DNA of 64,000 bases from Gammaproteobacteria bacterium (GCA_963662545.2 CAXXLL010000003.1:2528001-2592000), one strand, 5' to 3'. Shown: positions 42,325-54,153, counted from the first letter of the stretch. Notes: generated by a model not told the origin, from the letters alone. Numbers and translations are program-made.

Positions 42325-42711
42325 TATTCTCCCCCCAAATCTCGGATCGGTATCTTCCCATGCGAAGCCCCGGGCGCAGAGGCCGGCGAACTCTGGATGC
42401 AAAACCCGCATCATCATACTTGATGGTTTCGACAAGTTGGCGCGATCGGTGTAAGTCCATCGAGTAATGACGCTTGGTAACTCTCGATTGCGCGCATCTC
42501 AGCTCTCTGAACTGAACGCCCAATAGGAATGTAACGATTGCCACCTCATCCATGAACCCGGTCTATCCCAGTCGCTCTTGGTGCTCACGCACGACGGCGA
42601 AAGTAGAGTTTCCTACGGCGCTGCGAAAGACGGAACTTTCCTCGGCGATACCAACGTAACGGACGTAGTAAAATTGGATAATACGAGCCCATCACCTATA
42701 GCTAATAATTC

Positions 42712-43425
42712 GTGGTAGACAAACCCGACAAGCTACCGATCAAATCGACCTCTGCGGAGGTCGATGCGTTTCTCGCCAAAGTCGCCGGCATGCCCGCCGT
42801 CAAATCCGCGGGCGAAAGAGGCCGGCTGATATTCGCTATGGACGCAACCGCGAGTCGCGAGCCGAGCTGGGATGTCGCTTGCAACATTCAGGCCGAGATG
42901 TTCAAGGACACTGCCACGCTCGGTGGTCTCGATATCCAGCTCTGCTATTACCGCGGGTTCAACGAGTTTTTTGCGAGCGGCTGGCTCAGCAGCTCGGCCC
43001 GGCTGCTCGAGCAGATGAGCGGTGTTCACTGTGCAGGGGGCATGACCCAGATCAAGCGCGTGTTCGCGCATGCGATCCGCGAATCACGTCGTGACGGAAT
43101 CAATGCGCTCGTGTTCGTTGGCGATTGCATGGAAGAGGACGTGGATCAAGTGTGCGAGCTCGGCGGACAGCTCGGCATTCTCGGCATTCCCGCGTTTCTG
43201 TTCCATGAAGGTTTCGACCCCGTGGCGAAGCGGACGTTTAGTGAACTCGCGCGTCTGACGAAGGGTGCGTATTGCCGCTTCGATGCGAGCAGCGCGAGTC
43301 AGCTGCGCGATCTGCTCGGCGCCGTAGCGGTCTATGCCGCGGGCGGGCGCAAGGCGCTGGAGCACCTCGGCGATCAGAAAGGCGGCCTCGTCAAGCAGCT
43401 CACCGACCAGATGACGAGGGAATAG
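42712..43425 (+). CDS. VWA domain protein
   Basis: FAMDATAS MIDAS-like motif, GGMTQI, VFVGD. Confidence 0.8.
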   Translation: MVDKPDKLPIKSTSAEVDAFLAKVAGMPAVKSAGERGRLIFAMDATASREPSWDVACNIQAEMFKDTATLGGLDIQLCYYRGFNEFFASGWLSSSARLLEQMSGVHCAGGMTQIKRVFAHAIRESRRDGINALVFVGDCMEEDVDQVCELGGQLGILGIPAFLFHEGFDPVAKRTFSELARLTKGAYCRFDASSASQLRDLLGAVAVYAAGGRKALEHLGDQKGGLVKQLTDQMTRE

Positions 43426-43429
43426 CGAC

Positions 43430-44167
43430 TTGCACCCGTTCATCATCCTGGTAGCGCTGCTCACCGTCGTGCTCGCCATAAAGTGGGTAAGCAGACTACC
43501 GGCGTCACAGCGCACGCAGGCACGCAATCGCATGCTGCTCTACGGCGGGCTCGGCCTGTTGGCCGTACTGCTGCTCACCGGCAGATTGCATCCGCTGTTC
43601 GCAGGCCTGGCCGCCTTAATCCCTGTAGCGCGGCGCCTTATGTCGTTCGCCCAAATGGCCAACACCTTCAATTCTTTCCGTAAGCGGGCGACCGGTTCCC
43701 AGGGACCGGCACCAGGCCAGACCTCGGACGTCGAGACGCGGTTTCTGCGTATGTCGCTGGACCATGATAGCGGCGACCTCGACGGCATCGTGCTCGAGGG
43801 CCCGCACCAGGGTCGGCGACTCAGTGAACTCAAACTCGAAAACTTGCTGGATCTGCTAGCAAGCTGCCGCAGCGAGGATCCGAAATCCGCGGCGGTACTC
43901 GAAGCGTATCTCGAGCACGCGCATGGAGATAGCTGGCGCGCCAGCGACGATTCGAGCGATAACGGACGAACCACCGGCGGCGGGGGCGTCCAGGGGATGG
44001 ATCTCGCCGAGGCGCGGCAGATCCTGGATGTGAAAGCAGACGCGACACGAGAGGACATCATCGAGGCCCATCGAAGCTTGATGCAAAAAATGCACCCCGA
44101 CCGCGGCGGATCAACCTTTCTTGCCGCAAAGATCAACCAGGCAAAAACGACTCTGTTGGACTCGTAG
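43430..44167 (+). CDS. Membrane-anchored protein with a C-terminal J domain
   Basis: N-terminal TM segments, HPDRGGS, KINQAK. Confidence 0.85.
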   Translation: MHPFIILVALLTVVLAIKWVSRLPASQRTQARNRMLLYGGLGLLAVLLLTGRLHPLFAGLAALIPVARRLMSFAQMANTFNSFRKRATGSQGPAPGQTSDVETRFLRMSLDHDSGDLDGIVLEGPHQGRRLSELKLENLLDLLASCRSEDPKSAAVLEAYLEHAHGDSWRASDDSSDNGRTTGGGGVQGMDLAEARQILDVKADATREDIIEAHRSLMQKMHPDRGGSTFLAAKINQAKTTLLDS

Positions 44168-44290
44168 TCCAGGGCCTCACCACGAAACGCGCCGGCATTG
44201 CGTGGTTACGGTCACACCACCGCGACGGTTGTTAAGCCTTTAGCAAACGAATATGGTCTTGATAGTTTTCAGAATGCATGGAGAGACCCC

Positions 44291-45655
44291 ATGATCGGCG
44301 CGGCAAAAATCAAGGCGTTTTCCGAACGGCTGGAGGGCCGCTTGGTGCATCCCGACGATGGTGAATACGACACGGCCCGAACGATCTGGAACGCCATGAT
44401 CGACAAACGCCCCGCACTGATCGCGCGGTGCAAGTCGCAATGGGACGTCGTCGCCTCGGTCGAATTCGCCCGCGAGCACGACTTGCTCGTCTCGATCCGC
44501 GGCGGCGGTCACAACGTTGCCGGCAACGCGCTCTGCGACGATGGCCTCATGATCGATTTATCACTGATGAAGGGCATCGAAATCGATGCAGACGCGCGTA
44601 CGATCATTGCGCAGCCCGGCTGCACGCTGGGTGACCTAGACCGCGCGTCGGATCGCCATGGCTTGGCGGTACCCACCGGCATTGTTTCGGAAACCGGCAT
44701 CGCCGGGCTTACGCTCGGCGGGGGCGTCGGATGGCTGGTACGGAAATATGGCCTCACCTGTGACAATCTGATCTCGGCCGACGTCGTTACTGCCGCTGGC
44801 GATGCGGTCAAGGCCAGCCTAGAAGAAAATGAAGACCTTTTCTGGGGGCTTAGAGGCGGCGGCGGCAACTTTGGCGTCGTCACCTCGTTTCAATTCCGTG
44901 CACACCCGGTCAGCCGGGTGCTCGGTGGCATGGTCGTGCATCCGCGTGCTGCCGCCGGCGACGTCTTTCGTTTCTATCGCGATTTCACGAAACAAGTGCC
45001 TGACGAACTGACCGCCTACTGCGCCATGCTGACGACGCCCGATGGGACAGCCGCGGTGGCGGTCATCGCCTGTTATTGCGGGGACGCGCACGCCGGCGAG
45101 AAAGTGCTCCGACCGTTGCGGGAATTCGGATCGCCGATCGACGATACGATCAAGCACATGCCCCGTCTCGAGATGCAAACCATGTTCGATCCGGGCTTTC
45201 CCTATGGCAATCACAACTACTGGAAGTCGTCGTTCATCGACGAATTGACGGACGATGCGATCGATGCACTCGTAGAGCATGCGAACCGCATGGCGTCACC
45301 CTTGTCCGCGGTGATGTGCGAGTACTATTTCGGCGGCCCCGCGACCCAGGTCGGCGAGACCGAAACGGCGTTTGCACACCGCAACGCGCAGTACGATATC
45401 GGCATCATTGCTCAATGGACCAATCCCGACGAAAACGAGCGGCACATGAACTGGGCGCGGGACGCCTATGCTGCGATCGAGCCGTATGCAAACGGCCGCA
45501 TTTACGCCAATCTAATGGGTGGGGACCAGATGACTGAAATAAGCCAGTTGCGCGCGGCTTTCGGTGTCAACTACGAGCGGCTGGTAGCGCTGAAGCAGAA
45601 ATTCGATCCGAGTAACTTCTTTCGGTTGAATCAAAACATTCGGCCCGAGGGGTGA
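44291..45655 (+). CDS. FAD-binding oxidoreductase (BBE-like)
   Basis: RGGGHNV, GLRGGGGNFGVV, FDPSNFF. Confidence 0.9.
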   Translation: MIGAAKIKAFSERLEGRLVHPDDGEYDTARTIWNAMIDKRPALIARCKSQWDVVASVEFAREHDLLVSIRGGGHNVAGNALCDDGLMIDLSLMKGIEIDADARTIIAQPGCTLGDLDRASDRHGLAVPTGIVSETGIAGLTLGGGVGWLVRKYGLTCDNLISADVVTAAGDAVKASLEENEDLFWGLRGGGGNFGVVTSFQFRAHPVSRVLGGMVVHPRAAAGDVFRFYRDFTKQVPDELTAYCAMLTTPDGTAAVAVIACYCGDAHAGEKVLRPLREFGSPIDDTIKHMPRLEMQTMFDPGFPYGNHNYWKSSFIDELTDDAIDALVEHANRMASPLSAVMCEYYFGGPATQVGETETAFAHRNAQYDIGIIAQWTNPDENERHMNWARDAYAAIEPYANGRIYANLMGGDQMTEISQLRAAFGVNYERLVALKQKFDPSNFFRLNQNIRPEG

Positions 45656-45692
45656 GTGCCAACCCTCGCTTCGTGCGAGCCCCGACAGCTTG

Positions 45693-46130
45693 CTAAGCTG
45701 ATCTTTCGAGGTTCTCCAGCCGTTCGCCACCGGTTTCGCCGCCGAACTTTGGCAAGTCGTCGTTCACCTGCGTCCATTCGGCACGGGAATCGTAGAAATA
45801 GTGGGCCTCCGGTTCGCGATCGATCCTGCCGTGCAGACTGGCGAGAGCAATGTCGATGTATTTCTCGTTGGTCTTGCAGAACATCTGGCTTCCGCAATGA
45901 CGGCAGAAGCTTCGCGACCCGTGCTCCGAACTCTTGTAATTAACGACATCGGGCTCGCCGCGCGTCACTCGAAGCCGTTCCGGCGGAACGGCCGTCCAGG
46001 TGACGAAGCTGGCACCGTGCGGTCGCCTGCACATCGAGCAATGGCAATGGGCGCAGAAAAGGGTCGGCAGTTCAATTTCGAATTCAACCGCACCGCAGAA
46101 ACAACTTCCCTTGACGATAGATGGTTCCAT
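45693..46130 (-). CDS. GFA family protein
   Basis: GSCFCG, CHCSMCR, FCRHCGS. Confidence 0.9.
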   Translation of the reverse strand: MEPSIVKGSCFCGAVEFEIELPTLFCAHCHCSMCRRPHGASFVTWTAVPPERLRVTRGEPDVVNYKSSEHGSRSFCRHCGSQMFCKTNEKYIDIALASLHGRIDREPEAHYFYDSRAEWTQVNDDLPKFGGETGGERLENLERSA

Positions 46131-46275
46131 TGCAGTTTCCCCATAAACCGGTAACGCAGTGACAGCAGCGTCGTGGCGCGGTTATTGTTGTTATCAGGCG
46201 TAATCCACGAACACGGATTATCAACTGATGGTGTCGGTCTAACAAGCTGGCAAAGACTATGTTTTCGCCATCCTG

Positions 46276-47604
46276 CTAGCGCCCGCCCGTCAGATTGGAG
46301 ACGCTGAACATGCGCCGAATCCGGGTCGCTTCGAACTTCGGGAATGTCACGGGTTCGATCGCGCGGGTGACGGTTGCGTCGTTTTCCTTGTAATTGACCG
46401 CAACCGATGCAGACCAGTGACTGAGCGTGTGCTCAGGCAAGGATTGATCGGCCTCATCGCCCGGTCTGCGATACATCGTGATGATGGATTTCCACAAAAC
46501 CTCGCCGTGATCGAAGATCAAGGCCAAAACGACGTTATAGGTCTCCTCATCCACGAACATGATCTTGCTGGAGATCGGATGTCCCGTCCATTTCGGGCGG
46601 TACTCGACCACGAAGCACTGCCTGATTTGCCATCGATCCTCCGGCAGTCGGCTGTACGGCCCGTGGAATCTGGCAGGGGCTTCGCGCGAATTCGATACGT
46701 TCAAAACGGCCTTCCTGCCGAGATAGGTCCAGTCGAAATCGAGGACTTGCCCTGAAAAGCCCTCGAAATCGTCGAGCGAGTAATTCGACCCCAAGAAGCT
46801 GTCTGCCCGCTCCCGGGCCGAAAGCCTGCGCACGCGCCGCTCCTTCGGGAGATACGAGTTCACCTGGTCGCCCTCGTGCGGGTCGTTGGAGCGCTCGATG
46901 ATGAACTTCGTGCCCTTGAGATCGAAAGGTTCCCAGTACTCCATGTAATCCTTCCAATAGAGTCGATCACTGTCGTCGGTGTCCACACGGAAATCGTTTC
47001 CGGCCCGACTGGCCAGATGACTCAGATACACCCGGTAGTAACTCTGCGAAATATAGCGGTCGATATGACCACCACCGCTGAACCCCTTTAGCAGGGTACC
47101 CGACGCGCCGGCGCTGAGCGGCCGCACGTAATTCATGACGAGTTCGTCGGTCGCGTAGCCGTTGTATTGCCAGCGGTAAATGTTATTCCAGGCGATCATC
47201 AGGCCCGCCTCATCGAGGGTCGCCGCGAGAATTTGTTCGTGGTTGAACGGGAGCCCGGCCGCATAGTTTTCCAGGCTGCCGTCGGCTGCCAGCGTCGCTT
47301 GTCCGGCGTACTGCATAGTCACACGTTGGTAAATGTCGTGCGGCGCGTAGGTCTGCGTGCCAACCACCTCCATATGCAGTTCGGTAAACGCAAATTCTTC
47401 GATAAGGCCGGGAGGTAGGTAAGGACTCAGTTTTTCGACGTCCTCGGAGCTGATCGCGCCCATCGCCGCGTCCCGCGTCGTCGCCGTTGCGAATTTTTCC
47501 AGCCAATCCAGGATCTCCTGCCGCAACGGAGATGCGGCGGTAGCCGGCGCAGCGGACGCACCCATCCCCATGAGCAGCAACAATATTATGGTTTTGATGT
47601 TCAT
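46276..47604 (-). CDS. DUF1329-like exported protein
   Basis: Signal peptide, AGLPF, YLPKERRVRRL. Confidence 0.7.
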   Translation of the reverse strand: MNIKTIILLLLMGMGASAAPATAASPLRQEILDWLEKFATATTRDAAMGAISSEDVEKLSPYLPPGLIEEFAFTELHMEVVGTQTYAPHDIYQRVTMQYAGQATLAADGSLENYAAGLPFNHEQILAATLDEAGLMIAWNNIYRWQYNGYATDELVMNYVRPLSAGASGTLLKGFSGGGHIDRYISQSYYRVYLSHLASRAGNDFRVDTDDSDRLYWKDYMEYWEPFDLKGTKFIIERSNDPHEGDQVNSYLPKERRVRRLSARERADSFLGSNYSLDDFEGFSGQVLDFDWTYLGRKAVLNVSNSREAPARFHGPYSRLPEDRWQIRQCFVVEYRPKWTGHPISSKIMFVDEETYNVVLALIFDHGEVLWKSIITMYRRPGDEADQSLPEHTLSHWSASVAVNYKENDATVTRAIEPVTFPKFEATRIRRMFSVSNLTGGR

Positions 47605-47731
47605 TCCCCTCCAACGGTAATTTATTTCGGCCGCCGGATTGTATCGCTAAGCGAAGACCTTCGTTCGCGAACCATGGCTGCATGCGCCCCGCTCAACGAT
47701 GTGCTCAAGCAAAAAATCGCGCTTATGCACT

Positions 47732-48502
47732 TCATCGGACCCCCAGAATCCAGCCTTCCAGTTTCGCGCGGCGGCGCTCCGGCAGTGTCAGCGGCGGATT
47801 GAAGTATTCGGCTAGAGCGCCGCGCGCGTCCATGTCCTGCAACCAGGTGGCAACCGCATAGGCATCCTGCTGGTCAGGCGAGCGTCTGGCGCGTGGATAA
47901 CGGCGGCGGAACAATGACGGATAGATCTCGGCAATGACGGCACGACCTCTTTCGATCCCAAAGCTGTCGAATGGCCAGAAACACGTTTTGGATTTGACTA
48001 CCGGGTCATCTCGCAGCCATTTCAACCAGGGAATGCCCGAATGGGTCGACTTGGCGACCGAGCCCTGCATGTCGAATTGAAACACGCTCTTGGCTGCAGC
48101 CGTCCAGATCTCGCAAAGGCGCATTTCGTCACTCGTGCCGCCCGGTGGGCTCTGTTCACGCACGAAATCCACGTACATGTGATCTCGATCGGTCGGCCAA
48201 ACTTCGCAGAAGTGTTCGAGGAAAGCATTCCAACTGTCGAGTTGGTGGCGCTCGAAGTAAGTGGTGGGAAAGGAAAAGCCGTGATCGATGCCGATGATAC
48301 AGGGTTCGTCTCGAATCAGTTGTTCACGGACGTAGTGCGCGACTTCCTTACGACACCAGTTGCGCGCGCCTTTATCGAATGGCGGGACAGCGCAAGCAAG
48401 GCCATCGCCCTCGCTCAGATACACCTGTAGCGCGCGCAGTCTCGACACTGGCGCCCGGGCCCCCGAGTAATCGATACCGATATATCGCGAGAACATCGTC
48501 AC
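47732..48502 (-). CDS. Conserved hypothetical protein (DUF429-like)
   Basis: YIGIDYSGA, GIDHGFSFP, AEIYPS, EGWILG. Confidence 0.6.
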   Translation of the reverse strand: MTMFSRYIGIDYSGARAPVSRLRALQVYLSEGDGLACAVPPFDKGARNWCRKEVAHYVREQLIRDEPCIIGIDHGFSFPTTYFERHQLDSWNAFLEHFCEVWPTDRDHMYVDFVREQSPPGGTSDEMRLCEIWTAAAKSVFQFDMQGSVAKSTHSGIPWLKWLRDDPVVKSKTCFWPFDSFGIERGRAVIAEIYPSLFRRRYPRARRSPDQQDAYAVATWLQDMDARGALAEYFNPPLTLPERRRAKLEGWILGVR

Positions 48503-48533
48503 CGTAAATCACCGCCTTCGTGCAATATGCGGG

Positions 48534-49058
48534 CTAGTTCGACCCGCGGGCGTGCAAGGCCTCGCGAAGACCATGCACTTCTTCGTCATAGACGTCCATG
48601 TCGTCAAGCGTATCAGCTAGCCGCGTGAGGTATTCCACGTTGGGACCGCTGGGGCCAACGGCGTTCGCAATCTGAGCGATCATTTCCTGCATGGGTGCGG
48701 GTCCGATGAAACTTGGATTCTCCGGGCCAGCTACGTAGGTCAGACCGCGCCGCACACTGCCGTCGTCGAACTCCAGATCGACTTTGATCGGCTCGTAACC
48801 GTTCTTCTCGCGGAGATCGAGTTCTGACATGACCTGGCGCCGATCGCCTTCCTTGAGAAGAAACGCCGTGCCCCAGCAGACGGTGCCGACCTCTTCCACC
48901 AGCGTCACGACCCGACCCGGTGCCTCCGGGACACCGCGGTGGTCGGGGGACGCCTGCCAGAAACGGCGGCGCCAGCCCCGAACGACTGCCCTGCGCCGGT
49001 CTTCATAAGGAAACGCCGGGCGCCATAGGAGCGACCCATACCCGAAAATCCACGTCAT
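48534..49058 (-). CDS. chaC: Gamma-glutamylcyclotransferase, ChaC family
   Basis: WIFGYGSL, DHRG, GPSGPNVEY. Confidence 0.88.
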   Translation of the reverse strand: MTWIFGYGSLLWRPAFPYEDRRRAVVRGWRRRFWQASPDHRGVPEAPGRVVTLVEEVGTVCWGTAFLLKEGDRRQVMSELDLREKNGYEPIKVDLEFDDGSVRRGLTYVAGPENPSFIGPAPMQEMIAQIANAVGPSGPNVEYLTRLADTLDDMDVYDEEVHGLREALHARGSN

Positions 49059-49225
49059 CTTGCTTGAAAACTCCTCGCCCGACAGGTTCCAACGCGCGCT
49101 GCGAAGCGCCGCCCGAATTACGGGGAGATCTTCGGATTAAGGCGTGCGAAACTCAAGCATTGAAATCAGAAACCGACGACCGTGCCTTTATTCGATGAAG
49201 CGTGCGCAACGCGAAGAGAACGTCC

Positions 49226-49936
49226 ATGATCGTATTCGGTCATCGCGGCGCCGCGGGACACTTTCCAGAAAATACGCTCCGCTCGATCGAGATCGCTCTC
49301 GACCACGGCGTCGATGGCGTCGAAATCGACGTGCGTATGCTGGACGACGCGATCATCGTGCTGCACGATGAGACGGTCGATCGCACCACCTCGGGCAACG
49401 GCCATTACAAGTCGCTAAGCCTCGATGCGCTGCGCGGGCTCGATGCGGGCGGCGGCGAACGCATCCCCATGTTGAGCGAAGTCGTCGAATTGATCGACGG
49501 TCGGATTGACTTGAACGTGGAAGTCAAGGAACCGAGAATAGCGGTGCCGGTCATTGAAGATCTCTTGTCTCACACGATAGCCCGCAAGAGTTGGCGCTCC
49601 CGGCTCCTGCTGTCCTCCTTCGATGTCACGACGACCTACGAGCTCGCACGTCACCACGGCGACATGCGGCTCGGTGTTCTCTACGAAGACGGCTTCGAGA
49701 CAGCTCTCGCGAGGGCCAAAACACTCGACGCTTATTCGCTGCACATGTCTATTCGTTCGCTCGACCGCTCCAAGGTAGAGCGCGCGCACGAAGCCAACAT
49801 CGCCGTGCTCGTTTACACCGTCAACGAAGCTGACGACATTCTGCGCTGCGCCGAGGCGCGAGCAGACGGCGTTTTCTCCGACTACCCCGACCGCATAGTT
49901 GCGTTTAACCAGGGCGTCTCCAAGAATACGGATTAA
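49226..49936 (+). CDS. Glycerophosphodiester phosphodiesterase
   Basis: GHRGA, PENT, EIDV, HD, SDYP. Confidence 0.9.
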   Translation: MIVFGHRGAAGHFPENTLRSIEIALDHGVDGVEIDVRMLDDAIIVLHDETVDRTTSGNGHYKSLSLDALRGLDAGGGERIPMLSEVVELIDGRIDLNVEVKEPRIAVPVIEDLLSHTIARKSWRSRLLLSSFDVTTTYELARHHGDMRLGVLYEDGFETALARAKTLDAYSLHMSIRSLDRSKVERAHEANIAVLVYTVNEADDILRCAEARADGVFSDYPDRIVAFNQGVSKNTD

Positions 49937-49974
49937 GGAACCTCTGATTAAGTCATGGTACAGGTCGAATCGCG

Positions 49975-51468
49975 TTGACTCACATTCTCGCCCTCGATCA
50001 GGGCACGACCAGTTCCCGAGCCATCGTCTTTGAACTATCCGGCCGCATCGCCGGTATTGCGCACCAGGAGTTCGAGCAGAACTATCCACAAGCAGGCTGG
50101 GTCGAACACGATCCACGCGCGATCATCGAAACCCAGATGTCCGTCGCGCTAGCCGCGATCAATCAAGCGAGCGTGACAGCGCGCGACATCGCCGCAATCG
50201 GCATTACCAACCAGCGGGAAACGACCGTGCTGTGGGATCGACGCAGCGGCGACCCGGTGGCTAACGCCATCGTATGGCAGGATCGACGAACCGCCGATCT
50301 GTGCGCATCATTGCGTGATTCCGGTGCCGAAGATCTGGTGCGCGCCAAGACCGGGCTCGTCATCGATCCCTATTTCTCCGCGTCCAAAATTCGCTGGATG
50401 CTCGACCACATCGACGGGGTGCGCGACCGTGCCGAGCGCGGTGAGCTTGCGTTCGGCACCATCGACAGCTGGCTCATCTGGCATCTGAGCGAGGGCCGGC
50501 GGCACGTGACGGATGCCACCAACGCTTCGCGTACGATGCTTTACGACATCCGCAGCGGCGAGTGGGACGAGGAACTGCTCGCGCTGTGGAAAATCCCGCG
50601 CTCGCTGCTGCCGGAAGTGTGCGACACGAGCGGCGTCAGCGCGATGACGACCCGCTTCGGGGGCGAGCTGCCCGTCGCCGGCATTGCCGGCGATCAGCAA
50701 GCCGCGCTTTTCGGCCAGGCATGCTTCGAGCCCGGGATGGCCAAGTGTACCTACGGTACGGGATGCTTCATTCTGATGGCGACGGGCGGCGTCGCGCCCG
50801 TGTCGGAACGCGGCCTGTTGACCACGATCGCCGGGCGCAGCAACGGCGTAACCGAATATGCCCTCGAGGGCAGCGTTTTCATGGGCGGCGCAACGGTCCA
50901 GTGGCTGCGCGATGGGCTCGGCCTCATCGAGGAGGCCGCCGACATCGAAGCGCTTGCCCGCGAAGTCGATGACAGTGACGGCGTCGTGCTCGTACCGGCG
51001 TTTACTGGCCTCGGCGCACCCCAATGGGACCCGCACGCACGCGCCTTGCTGATCGGAATGACACGCGGAACGACCAGGGCGCACATCGCCCGCGCCGCAC
51101 TCGAAGGTATCGCGTGGCAGGTGGTTGACGTGGCGGATGCGATGGCCGCGGATGCTGGCGTGGATCTCCGGGAACTCCGAGTCGACGGCGGTGCCAGCGC
51201 AAACGGTCTGTTGATGCAAAACCAGTCCGACTTTCTCGGCATTGCGATTGTACGTCCGCGCGGCGTCGAATGTACGGCTCACGGCGCGGCCTTACTGGCG
51301 GGTCTCGGTGTGGGCTTGTTCAAGAACCGCCAGGACATCGCCGATAACTGGCAGGCCGAAGTCCGCTTCGAACCAAGGCTTTCAGTCGATGAGCGGAACG
51401 CACGGCACAATCAGTGGACACGAGCCGTGGAAAAATCCGCCAACTGGACCTCAGGAATCTCTAAATAA
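49975..51468 (+). CDS. glpK: Glycerol kinase
   Basis: [26 protein letters not shown]. Confidence 0.96.
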   Translation: MTHILALDQGTTSSRAIVFELSGRIAGIAHQEFEQNYPQAGWVEHDPRAIIETQMSVALAAINQASVTARDIAAIGITNQRETTVLWDRRSGDPVANAIVWQDRRTADLCASLRDSGAEDLVRAKTGLVIDPYFSASKIRWMLDHIDGVRDRAERGELAFGTIDSWLIWHLSEGRRHVTDATNASRTMLYDIRSGEWDEELLALWKIPRSLLPEVCDTSGVSAMTTRFGGELPVAGIAGDQQAALFGQACFEPGMAKCTYGTGCFILMATGGVAPVSERGLLTTIAGRSNGVTEYALEGSVFMGGATVQWLRDGLGLIEEAADIEALAREVDDSDGVVLVPAFTGLGAPQWDPHARALLIGMTRGTTRAHIARAALEGIAWQVVDVADAMAADAGVDLRELRVDGGASANGLLMQNQSDFLGIAIVRPRGVECTAHGAALLAGLGVGLFKNRQDIADNWQAEVRFEPRLSVDERNARHNQWTRAVEKSANWTSGISK

Positions 51469-51617
51469 GTCATGGTGTGTCTGAATTGTTCATGAAATTG
51501 TGCAGATCAAGGCACGAATCGCAGGCCATAGCGGGGACTAGGGCTAAGGTTCGTCACGTAAGGCTCCGCGATTTCATGGGCAAGGCAGATGGGCCATGAC
51601 TTTTTCAGAGGTTCCCT
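51453..51617. repeat. Miniature inverted-repeat element; a lone left end also lies at 49936
   Basis: GGAATCTCTAAATAAGTCATGG ... CCATGACTTTTTCAGAGGTTCC. Confidence 0.65.
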
Positions 51618-51625
51618 GACACTTC

Positions 51626-53186
51626 ATGAATCGTTCCGCGTTCATCGAACGCATCTTCTCGTCGCCCGAAGGATTCGACCTCGCGGTCATCGGCGGTGGC
51701 GCGAACGGAGCGGGCATCGCGCTGGACGCGGCGAGTCGCGGACTGTCTGTCGTGCTCCTGGAGCGCGGTGACTTCGGCTGCGGGACATCTTCGCGCAGCA
51801 GCAAGCCTGGCGCTGGGACAGCTCGGGCTCGTGCGCGAAGCGCTCGCCGAACGCATGCTGCTGCTTGCGAACGCCAGCGCCATCGTCAAACCCCAGCCGT
51901 TTTTGATCCCCGCATACGGCCGTCTGGAACTGTTCAAATTCACCGCCGGGCTGAAATTCTACGACTGGCTCGCGGGCACAGCCAAAGTCGGAACGAGCCG
52001 ATCGCTCGATGGTGCCCAAGCAAGCTCTCTTGCTCCAGGGCTTGTTACTGACAGCATGGTCGGCGCCGCCTGTTATTACGACGCCCAGTTCGATGATGCA
52101 CGCTTGTTGATCTCGATCTTGAAACGCGCGGCAAAGCTCGGCGCGATCGTGGTCAATTACCTCGAAGTTACTGAATTCAGGAAAGATCAAAAAGGCAAGG
52201 TTCGCGGTGTAGTAGCTGTCGACGAAATGTCGGGAAATACCGTCGAAGTCGCGGCGCGCTGCGTAATCAATGCCACCGGTGCCCAAGGAGATGACATCCG
52301 GCGGCTCGACGATCATCGCAGCCCGACGCGGGTGATGCCGAGCCAGGGTGCGCATATCGTAGTCCACCGGCGTTTTCTCGGTGGCGATCACGCGGTCGTA
52401 CTGCCGCACACCCCGGACGGGCGCATTATGTTCGCGATCCCGTGGGCTGAGCACCTCTTGCTCGGCACCACCGACACGCCCTTGACCGAGGTGTCGAGAT
52501 CACCCGTTCCGTTCGAATCGGAGATCGCCATGATCCTCGAGGTGGCGGGACGGTTTTTGGATCCGGCGCCTTCATCTACCGATATCCTGAGCACTTTTGC
52601 CGGTGTCCGACCGCTGGTAGCGACGCCGGGCGCCGGCAGCACGGCCCGGCTTTCGCGCGAACACGCCATCGACGTCAGCACCTCCGGATTGGTTTCGGTC
52701 AGCGGCGGTAAATGGACTACTTACCGCCTGGTAGCCGAACAGTGCGTCGACGAGGCAGTTCGAAGCGCGCGCTTAGCAGCCGGCCCCTCCGGTTCACATG
52801 CGCTCGACATAGCACGGGCCGACGATGAGGCCGCAGCCAGGTTTTCCGCCTACGGCGCCGAACAAAGGGATCTCGAAAAATTGATAGCAGGGCGTCCCGA
52901 ACTCGACGAGCCGCTGCATCCGGATCTCCCGTACTGCGGCGCGCACTTCGTGTGGGCGGCGCAGGCCGAGATGGCGCTTACGGTATACGACGCCCTCGCT
53001 TATCGCACACGTGCGATGTTCATCAATGCGCGCGCGGCCTCGGCAATGGCGCCGCGGGTTGCCGAACTCATGGCCACCGAGCTTGGTCGCGATAGGTCGT
53101 GGGTCGAGTCACAAACAAATGCCGTGCGTACGCAAGCTATTCCGTTCACGTCTACTCCCACTCGAGCTCACGAAACGCACGGCTGA
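51626..53186 (+). pseudogene. glpD: Glycerol-3-phosphate dehydrogenase with a frameshifting deletion near 51805
   Basis: IGGGANG...GTSSRSSK in one frame, DDARL/GTTD/GGKWTTYR in another. The expected HGGxRY segment is missing. Confidence 0.85.
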
Positions 53187-54123
53187 CGTTGCGTGCGTGC
53201 GCTCGCTCGCTCAACTGCCATCGTGTCTTTTCGTCGTTCGCGACAACCCCTTTTGCGTCCTCAATGAATACGCCCTCGGCGACGGCGGCACGCGTTTGAT
53301 CGAGCAAGGCCTTGAGGTAGCGGTATTGTGCGGCCGCACCTTGCGGCCAGGCGCGGTCGGGTGCGCCGTGTCCCGGGATCACGAGGGCATATGGGCTCTT
53401 TGTCGCGACATCCATCCATGCGAGCCAGCCTTTGAGGCTGCCGTCCAGCACCGGCATGCGCTCCCTGAATAAGAGATCGCCGGTCCACAATGTATTGGTT
53501 TTAAGATCATGTACCGTCACGTCGGTATTCGTATGAGCGAGGTGATGGGACTCGATGATCACGAGGCGCTCACCGAGATCGATTTCGATGCGCTCCTCGA
53601 CCAGCAACTGCGGCGCGGCAAGTTTCTCCGCCATGTCGTCACCGCCCAGCTCTTCGGAGAAAAATTCAGCGAAGAATTCGCGATTGGCCGGCAGTGCCTC
53701 AGCAAGGTTTTGGTGGCCAATGAACTGGAGTTCTTGGTCTGCGAACGCGCCATTTCCGAGAACGTGGTCGAAGTGTACGTGGGTGTTGATCACGTAGCAC
53801 ACCGGTTTTTGGACTCGTTTCCGTATGGCCTGCCGGAGCCGCGTTCCCGTCGCGAAAGAGCCACCGGAGTCGACGACCGCGACACAGCGCTCGCCCTCAA
53901 TGAATCCGATGTTCGCGCTGTCGCCGCGCGCGGAGTCCTCGAGATCTGCATGCTGGCCACGGTGCAGAAAGATGCCCGGCGCGATTTCTTCCAGCACGAA
54001 ATCGCCGGGCGACGAAGCACCGGCCAGCCCCCAACCGCCCAACATGAACGACAGTGAAACAGCATGGATACGATATGACCGAGGCATGAGGTGGATCCTG
54101 CAGAGCACTCCAAACGCGATCAT
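53152..54123 (-). CDS. MBL-fold metallohydrolase (quinoprotein-relay/SoxH-like)
   Basis: THVHFDHVLGN, AHT, PGHG, C-terminal ELEWE. Confidence 0.8.
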   Translation of the reverse strand: MIAFGVLCRIHLMPRSYRIHAVSLSFMLGGWGLAGASSPGDFVLEEIAPGIFLHRGQHADLEDSARGDSANIGFIEGERCVAVVDSGGSFATGTRLRQAIRKRVQKPVCYVINTHVHFDHVLGNGAFADQELQFIGHQNLAEALPANREFFAEFFSEELGGDDMAEKLAAPQLLVEERIEIDLGERLVIIESHHLAHTNTDVTVHDLKTNTLWTGDLLFRERMPVLDGSLKGWLAWMDVATKSPYALVIPGHGAPDRAWPQGAAAQYRYLKALLDQTRAAVAEGVFIEDAKGVVANDEKTRWQLSERAHARNVSRAFRELEWE

Positions 54124-54153
54124 AACCGCTTGCGCGCGGCGCCCGCAGGCAGA

